From: Clostridiales bacterium
Lineage (GTDB): Bacteria > Bacillota > DSM-16504 > Desulfitibacterales > JAICDB01
Direction: 5' to 3'
Assembly (NCBI GenBank): GCA_020063565.1
Contig: JAICDB010000008.1
Span: 39,914 to 103,913, forward strand
DNA: 64,000 nt
Shown here: piece after piece, positions 63,425 to 64,000 of the stretch
How positions within the stretch are numbered: the first letter of the stretch is position 1
Layout: each line of letters starts with the position of its first letter
The notes under the pieces: generated by a model
Databases searched by the model: none
What the model saw: only the letters and a program-made list of their open reading frames with translations
What the model was told of the DNA's origin: nothing
Position numbers and translations under genes: made by a program

Positions 63425-63661
63425 ATGGCAGACAATAAGATAAATATCCATGAAGCAAAAACTTACTTTTCAAAACTTGTGGCACGTGTTAATGATGGTG
63501 AGGTATTTATTATTGCCAAAGCGGGTAAGCCTGTAGCTCGATTGGTTCCTATTAAGGAAAAAGTTTCCAAACGAAGTCCGGGAAGCGCAAAGAATAAAGT
63601 TGTCGTAGCACCTGATTTTAACGCACCTCTTCCGGAAGAACTATTAAAGGAGTTTGAATAG
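63425..63661 (+). CDS. type II antitoxin, Phd/YefM family
   Basis: 78 aa with INIHEAKTYFSKLVARVNDGEVFIIAKAGKPVARLVP. The stop overlaps the start of the PIN gene. Confidence 0.8.
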   Translation: MADNKINIHEAKTYFSKLVARVNDGEVFIIAKAGKPVARLVPIKEKVSKRSPGSAKNKVVVAPDFNAPLPEELLKEFE

Positions 63662-64000
63662 TGAAAGCACTTTTGGATACATACACTTTTCTTTGGTGGA
63701 TTACTGATGACCCGCAGTTATCGCAGGCTGCTCGTAGTATTATAAGTGTCGGAAAAAATGAAATATTTTTGAGTTCTGCTAGTGGGCTGGAAATTGCGAT
63801 TAAAGCTAGATTAGGTAAATTGAAGTTACCGGACGATATCGAACGGTTTATGATTGAGCAGATGGAGATTAATAGTTTTAAAGTTTTACCCGTGAAAATG
63901 AAACATGCAGTACATGTTTATACGTTGCCGGACTATCATCGAGATCCTTTTGATCGTCTGCTTATTGCTCAGGCAAGGGTGGAAAACCTCTACCTCTTAA
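63661..64000 (+). CDS. vapC: PIN-domain toxin VapC (3' end cut by window)
   Basis: The GTG at 63661 overlaps the antitoxin stop by 1 nt. It has ALLDTYTFLWW...SSASGLEIAIK...HRDPFDRLLIAQA. Confidence 0.8.
   Translation, partial: MKALLDTYTFLWWITDDPQLSQAARSIISVGKNEIFLSSASGLEIAIKARLGKLKLPDDIERFMIEQMEINSFKVLPVKMKHAVHVYTLPDYHRDPFDRLLIAQARVENLYLL

Overview
This is an origin-proximal chromosome segment of an AT-rich, endospore-forming, probably anaerobic Firmicute (Clostridia-like). All calls come from reading the sequence and ORF track; no database search was run.

**Layout**
- 0.1-19 kb: conserved ori-side core: mnmE-mnmG-rsmG, a decayed ISL3 transposase remnant, soj-spo0J with two perfect parS sites, DUF554, LarE-like, DUF4446, M23 peptidase, bactofilin, YkuS, YyaC, YkvI, then selA-selB-tRNA(Sec).
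- 19-28 kb: small genes and housekeeping: a LexA-box promoter driving a zinc-ribbon micro-ORF, sspH, glutaredoxin, DUF3243, PPC/DUF296, DUF212, Na/Pi symporter, radical SAM, GGDEF, family-4 UDG, polysaccharide deacetylase.
- About 28.2-56.9 kb: the unusual part, described below.
- 57-64 kb: ArAE-type membrane protein, MntR/DtxR-type repressor, a 4Fe-4S membrane protein, a ModE-N-domain regulator with two ModE-type inverted repeats upstream of tupABC, and a Phd/VapC toxin-antitoxin pair cut by the window end.

**The 28.2-56.9 kb block**
- It holds 11 soluble glycosyltransferase genes, including a translationally coupled operon of three paralogous GT2-TPR enzymes plus a two-domain glycosyltransferase.
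- It holds nucleotide-sugar genes: PMM, ManC, a Gmd/Rmd-type SDR and Ugd.
- It holds a set of proteins with surface-type architecture but no signal peptide:
  - a 7-blade FG-GAP propeller with a Cys-rich N-terminal module
  - a Thr/Ser-rich 7/9-residue repeat fibre protein
  - a 207-aa Cys-rich protein sharing that module
  - a degenerate amidase-like protein
  - two cysteine-less HMA-like paralogues
  - an Asp-box propeller-like protein
- Four intergenic matches to AC-N16/17-CATAnnnTA (sigmaK-type) sit upstream of genes in the block.
- No polysaccharide export genes are visible.
- My interpretation is a late mother-cell spore-surface glycoprotein system of unrecognised composition. This is inference, not demonstration.
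- One GT4 gene in the block is frameshifted inside a 10-nt homopolymer.

No rRNA and no CRISPR array are present. The only RNA gene I can support is tRNA-Sec.
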